The translations under genes and the position numbers were made by a program. A DNA stretch of 64,000 nucleotides from Parcubacteria bacterium C7867-006. GTDB taxonomy: Bacteria; Patescibacteriota; Minisyncoccia; Phycocordibacterales; DATDWN01. Shown piece by piece: positions 39,495 to 48,400 of the stretch. The DNA is taken from positions 133,618-197,617 of the forward strand of contig LFCP01000004.1 of NCBI GenBank assembly GCA_001189155.1, given 5' to 3'. Position 1 is the first letter of the stretch. The number at the start of each line of letters is the position of its first letter. Below the pieces are notes generated by a model. It made no database searches, had not been told where the DNA came from, and saw only the letters and a program-made list of their open reading frames with translations.

Positions 39495-39707
39495 ATGACA
39501 CACAACGAGATTGTCACTCTGATGAGGAGCAGTCGCTCTCCAGAGGAGTGGAAAAGCAATGAGGAGAGAGTGAAAGCTCACTTCTCTGGAAGTCTACCCT
39601 CTTTCTGGTACGGACTGATCGTTCAGTCCGAGGTGGCCAAGAAAACAAAAGCTTCATGGCCAAAACCACGACCCACACAACCCAAACGGCCGAGCCTGTG
39701 CCGCTGA
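39495..39707 (+). CDS. Hypothetical protein (GC-rich cassette J)
   Basis: 70 aa; AGGAG RBS 5 nt upstream, TTGACA box upstream, terminator at 39764..39797. Confidence 0.4.
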   Translation: MTHNEIVTLMRSSRSPEEWKSNEERVKAHFSGSLPSFWYGLIVQSEVAKKTKASWPKPRPTQPKRPSLCR

Positions 39708-39763
39708 CACACCGAGCCGCCGAGTTCCGAGAGGAACCCGGCGCTTTCTTATTTTTTTGAATA

Positions 39764-39797
39764 AACAAAAACCACTTGTAAAAGTGGTTTTTGTTTA
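39764..39797 (+). terminator. Intrinsic terminator (aaaaaccactt gtaa aagtggttttt)
   Basis: Read directly. Confidence 0.55.
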
Positions 39798-39958
39798 TTC
39801 AACTACTATATAACTTTCTCACCCCTAATTACTCTGATTAGAATTACTATAATAGCAATCACAAGCAATACATTTATAAAACCTCCTATTGTATGTGCTG
39901 TGACAACACCAAGCAACCATAGTATGAGTAATATAACCGCAATTGTGGTTAACATATA

Positions 39959-40603
39959 CTATTGATTAGTATGAAATGTTGAAGGCCAAGTAATACTCTC
40001 ATTACCTAAACTGTCTCTAACATAAACAATATAATAATATGTTGTATTAGGACTAAGATTAGTTAAAGATGTTGAATGTGAAGACTGTAGATTTGTATCT
40101 ACTAGAACACTAGACCCGCCAATAGTAACTTTAGTTGTCTGACTACCTTCAATCATTGAAAGTGGTGATGTTCCGTAATAAAGAACTGATGAAGAATTCT
40201 CATCTGTATTCCAACTAAGATTGGCCCCAGTATTTGAGACATTTACATTAACTGAATATATAAAAGGAGAAGTATTATCACCATTCATTTGGTTGTTTAT
40301 AGCAGCCAAAGTTATTGGACCAACACGACCAACAGTGGCTATTCCATTTCTTGCCTGAAAGTTAGAAACTGCTGAAGTAGTTAGAGTTCCGAAATACCCA
40401 GTAACTAGACCTTGAGGATAGATTGTTGCATCTTTAGCAAGAAAAGTTTGGAGAAGAGAAACATCTGCTCCAGACATACCTTGCTGTAACTGTCTGGTTA
40501 ACATTTCAGCAGAAGCTATAACTGGACTACCAGCTAAAACTAGAGAACTTATAATTATACTCGCACCGAAAACATACTGAACAAAACTTTTAATATTTGT
40601 CAT
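39959..40603 (-). CDS. Secreted protein with a peptidoglycan-binding (PG_binding_1-like) domain and an Fn3-like domain
   Basis: Signal/TM N-terminus; LQQGMSGADVSLLQTFL...GYFGTLTTSAVSNFQARNG PG-binding repeat; S/T/N-rich beta domain. Confidence 0.5.
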   Translation of the reverse strand: MTNIKSFVQYVFGASIIISSLVLAGSPVIASAEMLTRQLQQGMSGADVSLLQTFLAKDATIYPQGLVTGYFGTLTTSAVSNFQARNGIATVGRVGPITLAAINNQMNGDNTSPFIYSVNVNVSNTGANLSWNTDENSSSVLYYGTSPLSMIEGSQTTKVTIGGSSVLVDTNLQSSHSTSLTNLSPNTTYYYIVYVRDSLGNESITWPSTFHTNQ

Positions 40604-40876
40604 GATTTTTATATTTAATTTATAAAAGAACTTGGGCAAAACAATTTCTAAGTGCAAACTCTAGATACTTTCCACTGGATACAAATTAAATTGTCCAGTC
40701 GACTCTTGGAGATTACGAGTCTGATGTGCACCGTTGTTATTAGATATCCTTGCGACCCATTCATTATACACCCAATATTGACAATATACTACCTATATTG
40801 TTTTATGACACACAAATGCAAATAAACCTATTTTCATAAGTTTATTCTAATAACTTATAAAATATTAATGCAATAA

Positions 40877-41842
40877 CTACCCAACCTTATTCTTCACCTC
40901 ATTTCCTTCAAAAAAGTCTACAATACTTTGAGCAGCTAAAACTGCCATATCATTTCTCGCACTCTCACGTGCAGAGGCTATGTGTGGAGTCAAAACAACA
41001 TTTTGTAAATCTTTCAATCCATCGGCTAGGTTCGGTTCAAACTCAAAAACATCAAGTCCTGCTCCGGCAATAGTTTTATTTTTCAAAGCCTCAACTAGAG
41101 CAACCTCATCAACAACAGGCCCGCGAGAAGTGTTAATCAAAAATGCTGTCGGCTTCATTATTTTCAAATGACTTTCGTTTATCAGATGATGTGTAGAATC
41201 CATAAGCGGGACGTGGAGACTGACGATATCTGCAGCTTTTAGTAATTCATTTACATCACTATAAAAAACAGCTCCGCAATCACTCTCTATTTTCTCATTT
41301 TTTGCAACATCATTATAAATAACATTTACACCAAATCCCTTTAAAATATGAGCTACTCTACCGCCGATATTTCCAACACCAATCAAACCTATAGTTTTTC
41401 CGGACAGATCAGTTCCCACAAAGTTATATGGAGTCCAACCCTTGAATTTTCCCTCTCTCATAAACAAATCACCCTCAACTAGTCTGGTCGTAAGAGCCAA
41501 CATAAGCGCAACTGTATGTTCTGCTACAGCCAAAGCCGAAACTCCTGGCGTATTTGTAACAACAACTCCTCTCTTTTTTGCTTCTTCAACATCTATATTA
41601 TTAAAACCTGTAGCATAGTTAGCTACTATTTTTATATTTGGTGAAGCATCAAAAACACTAGAATCTATTTTATCAGTAAGAAGCGAAACTAGACCAACAT
41701 ATTCGGAACTTTTAAGTCTTTCTAGTAACTCTTCATGACTTGGAGCGTGTTCGTCAGGATAAATATCTAACTCAAAACCTTTCTCCTCCAACATTTTTAT
41801 ACCAACTTCTGGAATTTTTCTAGTTAAAAATATTTTATTCAT
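40877..41842 (-). CDS. D-isomer-specific 2-hydroxyacid dehydrogenase (glycerate dehydrogenase-like)
   Basis: NAD-binding GIGNIGGRVA and the catalytic His/Glu/Arg region. Confidence 0.8.
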   Translation of the reverse strand: MNKIFLTRKIPEVGIKMLEEKGFELDIYPDEHAPSHEELLERLKSSEYVGLVSLLTDKIDSSVFDASPNIKIVANYATGFNNIDVEEAKKRGVVVTNTPGVSALAVAEHTVALMLALTTRLVEGDLFMREGKFKGWTPYNFVGTDLSGKTIGLIGVGNIGGRVAHILKGFGVNVIYNDVAKNEKIESDCGAVFYSDVNELLKAADIVSLHVPLMDSTHHLINESHLKIMKPTAFLINTSRGPVVDEVALVEALKNKTIAGAGLDVFEFEPNLADGLKDLQNVVLTPHIASARESARNDMAVLAAQSIVDFFEGNEVKNKVG

Positions 41843-41859
41843 TTTATTTTCATTTAATT

Positions 41860-42504
41860 TTATTGGTTTTTTAACGATCGAATTTCTTTATTTATCATAT
41901 AACCCTCATTATCTAAATCATAAATAACGATATCACTAAAAAGCATTTCTACATTTGAAATGTCTTCATCTTTAATTTTTTCTATATATTTCATCAGTGC
42001 ACGAATAGTGTTTCCATGAGAAACAATCAAAATATTTTTTCCACTATTTATCAATGGAACAATTACTTCAACAAAAAAAGGTACAGCTCTCTCGTAAACC
42101 ATTTTTAAACTCTCACCATTTGGAACTGGCACATCCCAACCACGGCGAATTTTATTAAATTCGTCCTCACCTATCTCTGTTTCCATATCCCATTTATTTT
42201 TTCCAGTATAGTCTCCATAGTCACGCTCATTTAGAGCTGAAACATGCTCTGTTGGCAAAACAGAATCAGCCATACAAACACTCAATATAGATGAGAGAGT
42301 TTCTATTGATCTGACCTGCATAGAAGCAAAAGCTTTATCAAAACAAATATCTTTAACTAACTCACCCAACTCTTTTGATTTTGCAAAGCCATCTTCAGTT
42401 AAATGAACATCGCGACTACCAGTCCATTGTCCCAACTTGTTCCACTCTGATTCTTGATGACGAACTATTACTAGTTTACCTTTTTTAACAATTTCATTTT
42501 CCAT
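41860..42504 (-). CDS. gpmA: Phosphoglycerate mutase family (2,3-BPG-dependent type)
   Basis: RHQESEWN histidine phosphatase motif. Confidence 0.7.
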   Translation of the reverse strand: MENEIVKKGKLVIVRHQESEWNKLGQWTGSRDVHLTEDGFAKSKELGELVKDICFDKAFASMQVRSIETLSSILSVCMADSVLPTEHVSALNERDYGDYTGKNKWDMETEIGEDEFNKIRRGWDVPVPNGESLKMVYERAVPFFVEVIVPLINSGKNILIVSHGNTIRALMKYIEKIKDEDISNVEMLFSDIVIYDLDNEGYMINKEIRSLKNQ

Positions 42505-42505
42505 T

Positions 42506-43318
42506 TTATTTCAATAAATTAACTTCTGATTTCATATGATTTTCTGATTCAGAAACTATCTTTTCCATAACAGAAACTACTTCGAGAGGATGTTTCCCTA
42601 TTGCAGTTTCTTCTGAAAGCATAACAGCATCAGCACCTTGTGTTATAGCGAACGATACATCTGTAACTTCAGCCCGAGTTGGCTCAATGTTTTCTGTCAT
42701 ACTCAAAAGCATCTGTGTCGCCACTATAACAGGCTTACTAACTAGTTTACATTTTTTTATTATTTCAGATTCAATAAAAGGTATTTCTTCAATCCTAAAC
42801 TCATTTCCTAAATCACCTCTAGCTATCATGATGGCATCAGAGACTTTTATTATTTCATCAATATTATCTACAGCACTTTTTCTTTCTATTTTTGATACAA
42901 CTCTTTGTTCGCCTCCACAGCTTTTTATAAAATCTTTACAAACAACAACATCATTTGCAGAACCCACAAAAGAGAGAGCAATAAAATCAATATTTTTATC
43001 AATCGAAAATTTTATTATTTCTTTATCATTATCAGTTATGGCGGAGTCAAAGTTTTTATCATAAGTATGAGAGTTTCCGTTTTGGACACGAGGACCAGGC
43101 AAATCAGCCATTATTAAAATTTTTCTATTTAAATTTTCTTCAGTTTCTCTAATAACATTTATAACTCTATTTTTCTCATCAAAATCTCCCCAAGAAAAAT
43201 TGAGTCTTGCAATATCCAAGCCAGAAGTGACCATTGATTTGAATATTTCTGGATCTTCAGAAGAACCGTTAATAGTAGCTATAATTTGAGCCCGAGAATT
43301 CATCTTTTTATTATACAA
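42506..43318 (-). CDS. pyk: Pyruvate kinase, truncated form (barrel domain only, 270 aa)
   Basis: ARLNFSWG, MADLPGP and MIARGDLG motifs; the C-terminal domain is absent. Confidence 0.6.
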   Translation of the reverse strand: MYNKKMNSRAQIIATINGSSEDPEIFKSMVTSGLDIARLNFSWGDFDEKNRVINVIRETEENLNRKILIMADLPGPRVQNGNSHTYDKNFDSAITDNDKEIIKFSIDKNIDFIALSFVGSANDVVVCKDFIKSCGGEQRVVSKIERKSAVDNIDEIIKVSDAIMIARGDLGNEFRIEEIPFIESEIIKKCKLVSKPVIVATQMLLSMTENIEPTRAEVTDVSFAITQGADAVMLSEETAIGKHPLEVVSVMEKIVSESENHMKSEVNLLK

Positions 43319-43402
43319 CAGTAAGAACTTAAAGCTATGTAAAAGTAATAAAAAATATAAAAAATATCCTTGTTTTTGGCTGTTTTTTGTTGTATAAAAA
43401 AC

Positions 43403-43431
43403 TTGACTTTTCTATTTTTATGTGATAGAAT
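43403..43431 (+). promoter_or_regulatory. Sigma70-like promoter TTGACT-17-TAGAAT with extended TG
   Basis: Read directly, 70 nt upstream of the SPFH gene. Confidence 0.5.
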
Positions 43432-43502
43432 TATAAGCAGATGAGGATAGGCATCCTGCCGACCTCTCAGAACATTGACATCTGCATGAAAGGAAAAAGA
43501 AA

Positions 43503-44834
43503 ATGTCTGGACTAACGATGCTGTCGCTCGTCTTGACGGCACTGTTTCTCCTCTTCGCATTCTACCAGTCGAGGCCGAGCAAAACAGCCAAACCTGAAGA
43601 AGGACAAGAGAAGAAGTCGTCAAACGAACGACACAACCTTTGGTATCACCTGGGGTTCGTCGATGACACACCGAACCTGATTCGTCAGGTCGTCGCTGGA
43701 AGCGCAAAAAGCGGCCGGCCGATCAGGTACTTTGGGAACCTGCACGACGGGGTTATTGATGAGGCCACTGGCATCATTACATCCAACCCTAACCCACCCC
43801 TCCTTTCGGAGGGTTGGTTCCTGAATTTGATCAGGAAACACTTCGGCAAACGCTGGTGTCGCATTCCGATCATCCAGCATGTGAAGCCTTTGACGATTGA
43901 CCGGGTGGTCAGCAAGGACACCAAGTCAACTGTCAACGAACTCTCCGATGAACTTGACGCCTCAACAGTCGTCAAGGAAGGTCTCTACCGACTGATTCTT
44001 CGCCCAACCCTTCACAAGGATGTTGACGCGAAGAACAACATCCGGTTTAGCGTAATCAGTTACGCTGTTCTGGAAGTGTTCGACGCCAAACCGGCGTTCA
44101 ACATCTACCCGGACAGCTACTTGATCACTGTCAGCAAACTGATCTCTGCTTATCTTTCGAAGAATACCTTCAAACTTTCGTACGATGAGTACAAAGAGCG
44201 AGGGAACTCCTTCGAAAAAGAGCAGATCGATGAGTTGAACGGCGTGCTTCTCAGTCTGGGAATTCGGTGCAAGGAACTTCGTATGGGCGACCCTGAACTC
44301 AACAAGAGTGTTCAGGAAAGCCTTGAAAAAGAAGCCAAGGCTGAACAAGAAGCCAAGGCTCAGAAACGAAAGGGTCAGGGCCAAAAAGACTACGATACTC
44401 TCGTGTCCGAAGGCCAGTCCCAAGCAATCAGGAATCTGGCTGCCGCCAAGGCATCCAGGTTCTCTGAACTCATCAACCTCTACAAGAACGAAGGCTTGAC
44501 TGGGTCTGAAGCAGTGGACAGAGCAAATGCAATGATCTCAGCCGAGTTCAACGCAGATGCTGTTCGACAGCTTCAAGGAACCTACGTCGCTTCAGGTAAC
44601 GGCGTTCAACTTGCCGTTATGGAGAGAAGACCAAGTGCAACTACAAGTTCGACTACCGAAGCTGCAGCTCAAGCAGCGCCTACTGGCAGTCAGTCAGTGG
44701 GCCAGGCCTCGGCTCAACCAGCTCAACCTGTGGCTCAAAAGCCTATGGCTCCGAGCACAACCCAGGCTGGTCAGACTCCGCATCAGAATCAAGGCAGGGG
44801 TCACAAAGACAAGGGCCGCCGCAACAAGAAATAA
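43503..44834 (+). CDS. SPFH/band-7 (stomatin/flotillin-like) membrane protein with a low-complexity A/Q/P/T-rich, basic C-terminal tail (GC-rich cassette K)
   Basis: N-terminal TM; a core resembling the SPFH domain (DVDAKNNIRFSVISYAVLEV...LGIRCKELRMGDPELNKSVQESLEKEAKAEQEAKA). Confidence 0.5.
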   Translation: MSGLTMLSLVLTALFLLFAFYQSRPSKTAKPEEGQEKKSSNERHNLWYHLGFVDDTPNLIRQVVAGSAKSGRPIRYFGNLHDGVIDEATGIITSNPNPPLLSEGWFLNLIRKHFGKRWCRIPIIQHVKPLTIDRVVSKDTKSTVNELSDELDASTVVKEGLYRLILRPTLHKDVDAKNNIRFSVISYAVLEVFDAKPAFNIYPDSYLITVSKLISAYLSKNTFKLSYDEYKERGNSFEKEQIDELNGVLLSLGIRCKELRMGDPELNKSVQESLEKEAKAEQEAKAQKRKGQGQKDYDTLVSEGQSQAIRNLAAAKASRFSELINLYKNEGLTGSEAVDRANAMISAEFNADAVRQLQGTYVASGNGVQLAVMERRPSATTSSTTEAAAQAAPTGSQSVGQASAQPAQPVAQKPMAPSTTQAGQTPHQNQGRGHKDKGRRNKK

Positions 44835-44949
44835 ACGGTCCAACACCATCGTTGCGGTCATTGCGATCATCACGCTGATTATCGCGAAGATCGCAACTAG
44901 CGTCTTCCACTTTCTGTCGGAGATTGGTCTTTGGTTCAAAGCGGAAGCT

Positions 44950-45825
44950 ATGAACTACTATCAAACTCCCAGTGGTGGACTGATTAGCAAGGTAATACTG
45001 GTGGTTCTCCCGGTTGCATCATTTGCGCTTGCGTACGTGATGTATCGGAGGAACCATCCAACTTCTCCGAGGTTCAAATATCGTAGTAGCCGAAGTTCGA
45101 AAGACTTCGCCGCTGCTGTGATGATGCCGTTTGGCCTGGCCATCGGCGTCGGAATCCTCTGGGGAGTTGTGTACTTCCTGGCTTGGGGGCCTGGAATTCT
45201 GCACTACTTCTCTTTCCCTATCTGGGGAAAAGCGGAAGCTAGGATGAGCACTCCAACCAACAGTGGCTTCGTCGACAAAAACGAAGTCCACCGTCGGACG
45301 GGAGAGTTCTGGTATTCCAACTTGCCACCGACCGAGGCCAAGGAGATGCTCGACATCGCCACGGAAGAGTCACATTTCCAGCAATTCAACACTGATGGGA
45401 GTGTCTTCACCGGCGTGGACGACCCAGCCGACACGGGCGTGATGCAAATCAACGTCCGTGAGAACCAGAAAGACCTGATAGCGTGGGGGCTCAACGTCAA
45501 CACTCTCGAAGGAAATCTGGAAGCGGCCAAAAGGCTTCGTCAGAAATACGGCACGAAGCCTTGGCAACGGACGGTGGATAAAATCAAAAACCGTCCGTCG
45601 CAGATAATCACCATCAAGGTGCCAAAGGAAGGTCGCAGTGAAAGGTTTACCCCCGACGGCAGATTCTGCCAGGGTCAAACCGATCTTCCAGTCACCGTAT
45701 GGGACGACAAAGGTAGGAGCCACCCAATGACTCCGACCAGCGTTCCAACTGTTCCGTCGTTGTGGTATGAGTACTCCACTCCAAGTGGAGGCTCACTCCC
45801 AACGATCACCATTTCATGCAGGTAA
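44950..45825 (+). CDS. Membrane-anchored lytic transglycosylase (SLT/lysozyme-like domain) (cassette K)
   Basis: Two TM helices, then ATEESHFQQFN...TGVMQINVRENQ...LEAAKRLRQKYG, which matches the ES...GLMQI...AY SLT signature. The start is uncertain because the in-frame hydrophobic stretch upstream lacks an ATG. Confidence 0.5.
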   Translation: MNYYQTPSGGLISKVILVVLPVASFALAYVMYRRNHPTSPRFKYRSSRSSKDFAAAVMMPFGLAIGVGILWGVVYFLAWGPGILHYFSFPIWGKAEARMSTPTNSGFVDKNEVHRRTGEFWYSNLPPTEAKEMLDIATEESHFQQFNTDGSVFTGVDDPADTGVMQINVRENQKDLIAWGLNVNTLEGNLEAAKRLRQKYGTKPWQRTVDKIKNRPSQIITIKVPKEGRSERFTPDGRFCQGQTDLPVTVWDDKGRSHPMTPTSVPTVPSLWYEYSTPSGGSLPTITISCR

Positions 45826-45831
45826 CGCAAA

Positions 45832-45866
45832 GCGCGGAGACCCTTCGGGGCCCTCCGCGCTTTTTT
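45832..45866 (+). terminator. Intrinsic terminator GCGCGGAG...CTCCGCGC-TTTTTT
   Basis: Read directly; it closes cassette K. Confidence 0.65.
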
Positions 45867-45886
45867 CATATCTGAATTTTGTGTTG

Positions 45887-46195
45887 TTATAGTTTTAGAA
45901 AATTCGTTGCACCTGAAGAATTTATATCAGAAGATGTTATACCGAATGTTCCCATAACAAAACGTATAATCCCAAAAACAGAAAACATAATAACCATACC
46001 TGCGATCCCCCACATTATTGCACTTCTTGACTCTCCTCTAGTTTTATCAGCAGAATTTAAATCTTGATTTAGGAAATTGAATACTCCGTAAACAAAATAC
46101 AAAAACGATACCGCAAACATTAGTAACAAAAGTGGATTGATAATCAAATCAATTACTTTGTTTAGGAAAGGTACAATAGATAATGATGAGGACAT
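45887..46195 (-). CDS. Small two-TM membrane protein, VirB2/TrbC-pilin-like paralog 1 (no signal peptide)
   Basis: Shares the core FxYGxFNFL...K..G....IMWGIAGMVIMFSVFG with the five upstream paralogs. Confidence 0.4.
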   Translation of the reverse strand: MSSSLSIVPFLNKVIDLIINPLLLLMFAVSFLYFVYGVFNFLNQDLNSADKTRGESRSAIMWGIAGMVIMFSVFGIIRFVMGTFGITSSDINSSGATNFLKL

Positions 46196-46210
46196 AATTT
46201 GTCCGAAAAA

Positions 46211-46555
46211 TTAAAGACCTAGAACCTGTGGAGGTTGAATAGCTCCATTGTTAGTTACTCCCAAGTTTGTTTGCAACCAGTAAACTAGACCGTAGATAGA
46301 AAGCATCACTGCAATAGCAACAACACCCCAAATCATCTGATTTCGGCCAGCTTCCTGTGCCTTTGGATCTCCTGCAGCTCGTAGAAATACAACAAGTCCC
46401 CAGAAGAAGTAAATGATAGCTAAGGCGAACATTATTGGAATAATTCTTCCTATAATTTGTCCAAAATCCTGAACTAGAGCAGAAAGGTTACCCAATGTCT
46501 GAGCAAAAGTTAGAACTGGAGCCAAAGCTAAAGCTGAATAAATAATTTTCTTCAT
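46211..46555 (-). CDS. Secreted two-TM small protein, VirB2/TrbC-pilin-like paralog 2
   Basis: Signal peptide, then IPIMFALAIIYFFWGL...K...G..MIWGVVAIAVMLSIYG. Confidence 0.4.
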   Translation of the reverse strand: MKKIIYSALALAPVLTFAQTLGNLSALVQDFGQIIGRIIPIMFALAIIYFFWGLVVFLRAAGDPKAQEAGRNQMIWGVVAIAVMLSIYGLVYWLQTNLGVTNNGAIQPPQVLGL

Positions 46556-46641
46556 TTTTTTAAATTAACTATTAAATAACTAATGTAATAATTGTAGTAC
46601 AAAATCAATAAAAAACAAGTATATTGTGGATAAAGAAAATA

Positions 46642-47043
46642 TTAATTTCCAAATGTTGGTAAAGTATAACCACCTTGTTGTGGTGTATACAAACCAGAAG
46701 AACTACTAGTTCCATTTGGTGAGATACCGATTAGATTACCTATAGCCATTAAGATTCCATAAATTGAAAACATCACAAATAACGCAATAACTCCCCAAAG
46801 CATTTTTTTCTTTCCATCTTCTCGTGTTTTATCACTAGCCGCATCATTTAGAATAAACTGCGCTCCACCCCAAAAGAAAAAAGCCATTGCAAGACCAAAC
46901 ACAATTCTAATTCCAAAATTAATAAGTCCACCAAAATCCACAAGTAATGTTCTGAGACTGTCTAGAGCAGCAAAAGAGACAACCGGTAAAACCAGAGCCA
47001 AAGATGATGCTAAATAAATCCTTTTGTTTAATTTCATATTCAT
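46642..47043 (-). CDS. Secreted two-TM small protein, VirB2/TrbC-pilin-like paralog 3
   Basis: FFFWGGAQFI...K..G.KKMLWGVIALFVMFSIYG core. Confidence 0.4.
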   Translation of the reverse strand: MNMKLNKRIYLASSLALVLPVVSFAALDSLRTLLVDFGGLINFGIRIVFGLAMAFFFWGGAQFILNDAASDKTREDGKKKMLWGVIALFVMFSIYGILMAIGNLIGISPNGTSSSSGLYTPQQGGYTLPTFGN

Positions 47044-47056
47044 ATTATTTTAATAA

Positions 47057-47512
47057 TTATGGTGCCGGAACCCCACTTGGTAAATTAAAAGTACTTGTAT
47101 TCTGACCACTGTTTGTTGAAGTTGGTATAAGTGGAATAGTTGATGAATCCCCTATCTCCAAATCTCGAGCTATCAATCCTATGATAGCTCTTACAGAAAT
47201 AAGAACAAACAGCACAACAACCCCCCATATCATATAATTTTTACCCTTCTGCACATCTGCTGGACTACCAGAGTTTAGAATAAACCTCGATAGACCCCAG
47301 AAAAATGCTAAGAAACTTAAAGCAAAAAGTATCGGAATAATAAGAGAGATAACATTTATTATATGGTAGATACTACAACCAAAATCAACACCTATTAAAG
47401 AAAAACTACTAGTGTCGCAAGCTGTTACTCCAGAAGTAAACTGAGAAAAAACAAAAGTTGGAAACATTAGCACTATCAGAATGAGAAACTTTAAATGTTT
47501 TTTTGTATTCAT
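47057..47512 (-). CDS. Secreted two-TM small protein, VirB2/TrbC-pilin-like paralog 4
   Basis: Start chosen at MNTKKHL; FFWGLSRFI...K.YMIWGVVVLFVLIS core. Confidence 0.4.
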   Translation of the reverse strand: MNTKKHLKFLILIVLMFPTFVFSQFTSGVTACDTSSFSLIGVDFGCSIYHIINVISLIIPILFALSFLAFFWGLSRFILNSGSPADVQKGKNYMIWGVVVLFVLISVRAIIGLIARDLEIGDSSTIPLIPTSTNSGQNTSTFNLPSGVPAP

Positions 47513-47520
47513 ATTTTTAT

Positions 47521-47925
47521 CTAGTTCATAAGAGCTCTGACTGTATTTTCGACAACAACTGAAATAGCAGCCGCTCCCAGAAGTATACCTGCACCAATAA
47601 GTGACCATAAAAGGTTTTTCTTTGCGTCATCAATTTTCTTTGGGTTACCTTGAGCAAGAACAAACTGAAAACCTGCCCAGACAATCCAAACCACAACAGC
47701 AACAGCAGCTATTGGCATAACTATATTTGACAATATAACTCTAATCAAAGCCATAAGGTCATTACCTCCATTAAAAGGATTATCGATTTTCGCACCTATC
47801 TGTGTTGAACCTGGAGTTGGTGATTGTGTTGTTGATGGAGCTGGCATTGTTTGAGCCAACAAAATTACCGGGGCAAGCATCACAAGAAAACCCATAACAG
47901 AAAATATTTTTTTTATTTTATTCAT
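47521..47925 (-). CDS. Secreted two-TM small protein, VirB2/TrbC-pilin-like paralog 5
   Basis: Signal peptide; VVVWIVWAGFQFV...K..KKNLLWSLIGAGILLG core. Confidence 0.4.
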   Translation of the reverse strand: MNKIKKIFSVMGFLVMLAPVILLAQTMPAPSTTQSPTPGSTQIGAKIDNPFNGGNDLMALIRVILSNIVMPIAAVAVVVWIVWAGFQFVLAQGNPKKIDDAKKNLLWSLIGAGILLGAAAISVVVENTVRALMN

Positions 47926-47934
47926 AAATTTTTA

Positions 47935-48399
47935 TTAACCTAATGGTACCAAATTTTTAACATTGTTATTCAATAAACTATTTGTAATCAGTGTAACTAT
48001 GAGCCAAGCTGCTAACATAAAAAATATTCCCCAAGCAACCTTAACAAGCCTACCGTTTGCCCTTGCTCTAGCCCCCGGATTACCTCCAGATGTCATATAC
48101 TCAAAACCAACATATGCAATTATTACAACAGTAAAAGCTAGGGCAAGAGGAATAGCTATTCCAAAAAATTTCTTAACCGCATATATCAAATCATTAAAAC
48201 CACAATCCCCATAGATAGTGGTGCCGTTAGGACCAGGCCTACTACATTCATATGTTATACCAGTACTCTGACCACCTCCAGTTGTGTCTGTACTTCCACC
48301 TGGAGGAACCATTACTTGTGAATATGAAAAAACAGGTAGAGAAATAAATAAAGCTATCAAAAAGAATTTTAATATTTCTGATTTTATTTTATTTTTCAT
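47935..48399 (-). CDS. Secreted two-TM small protein, VirB2/TrbC-pilin-like paralog 6
   Basis: Signal peptide; G/T-rich linker; AYVGFEYM...G....VKVAWGIFFMLAAWLI core. Confidence 0.4.
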   Translation of the reverse strand: MKNKIKSEILKFFLIALFISLPVFSYSQVMVPPGGSTDTTGGGQSTGITYECSRPGPNGTTIYGDCGFNDLIYAVKKFFGIAIPLALAFTVVIIAYVGFEYMTSGGNPGARARANGRLVKVAWGIFFMLAAWLIVTLITNSLLNNNVKNLVPLG

Positions 48400-48400
48400 A

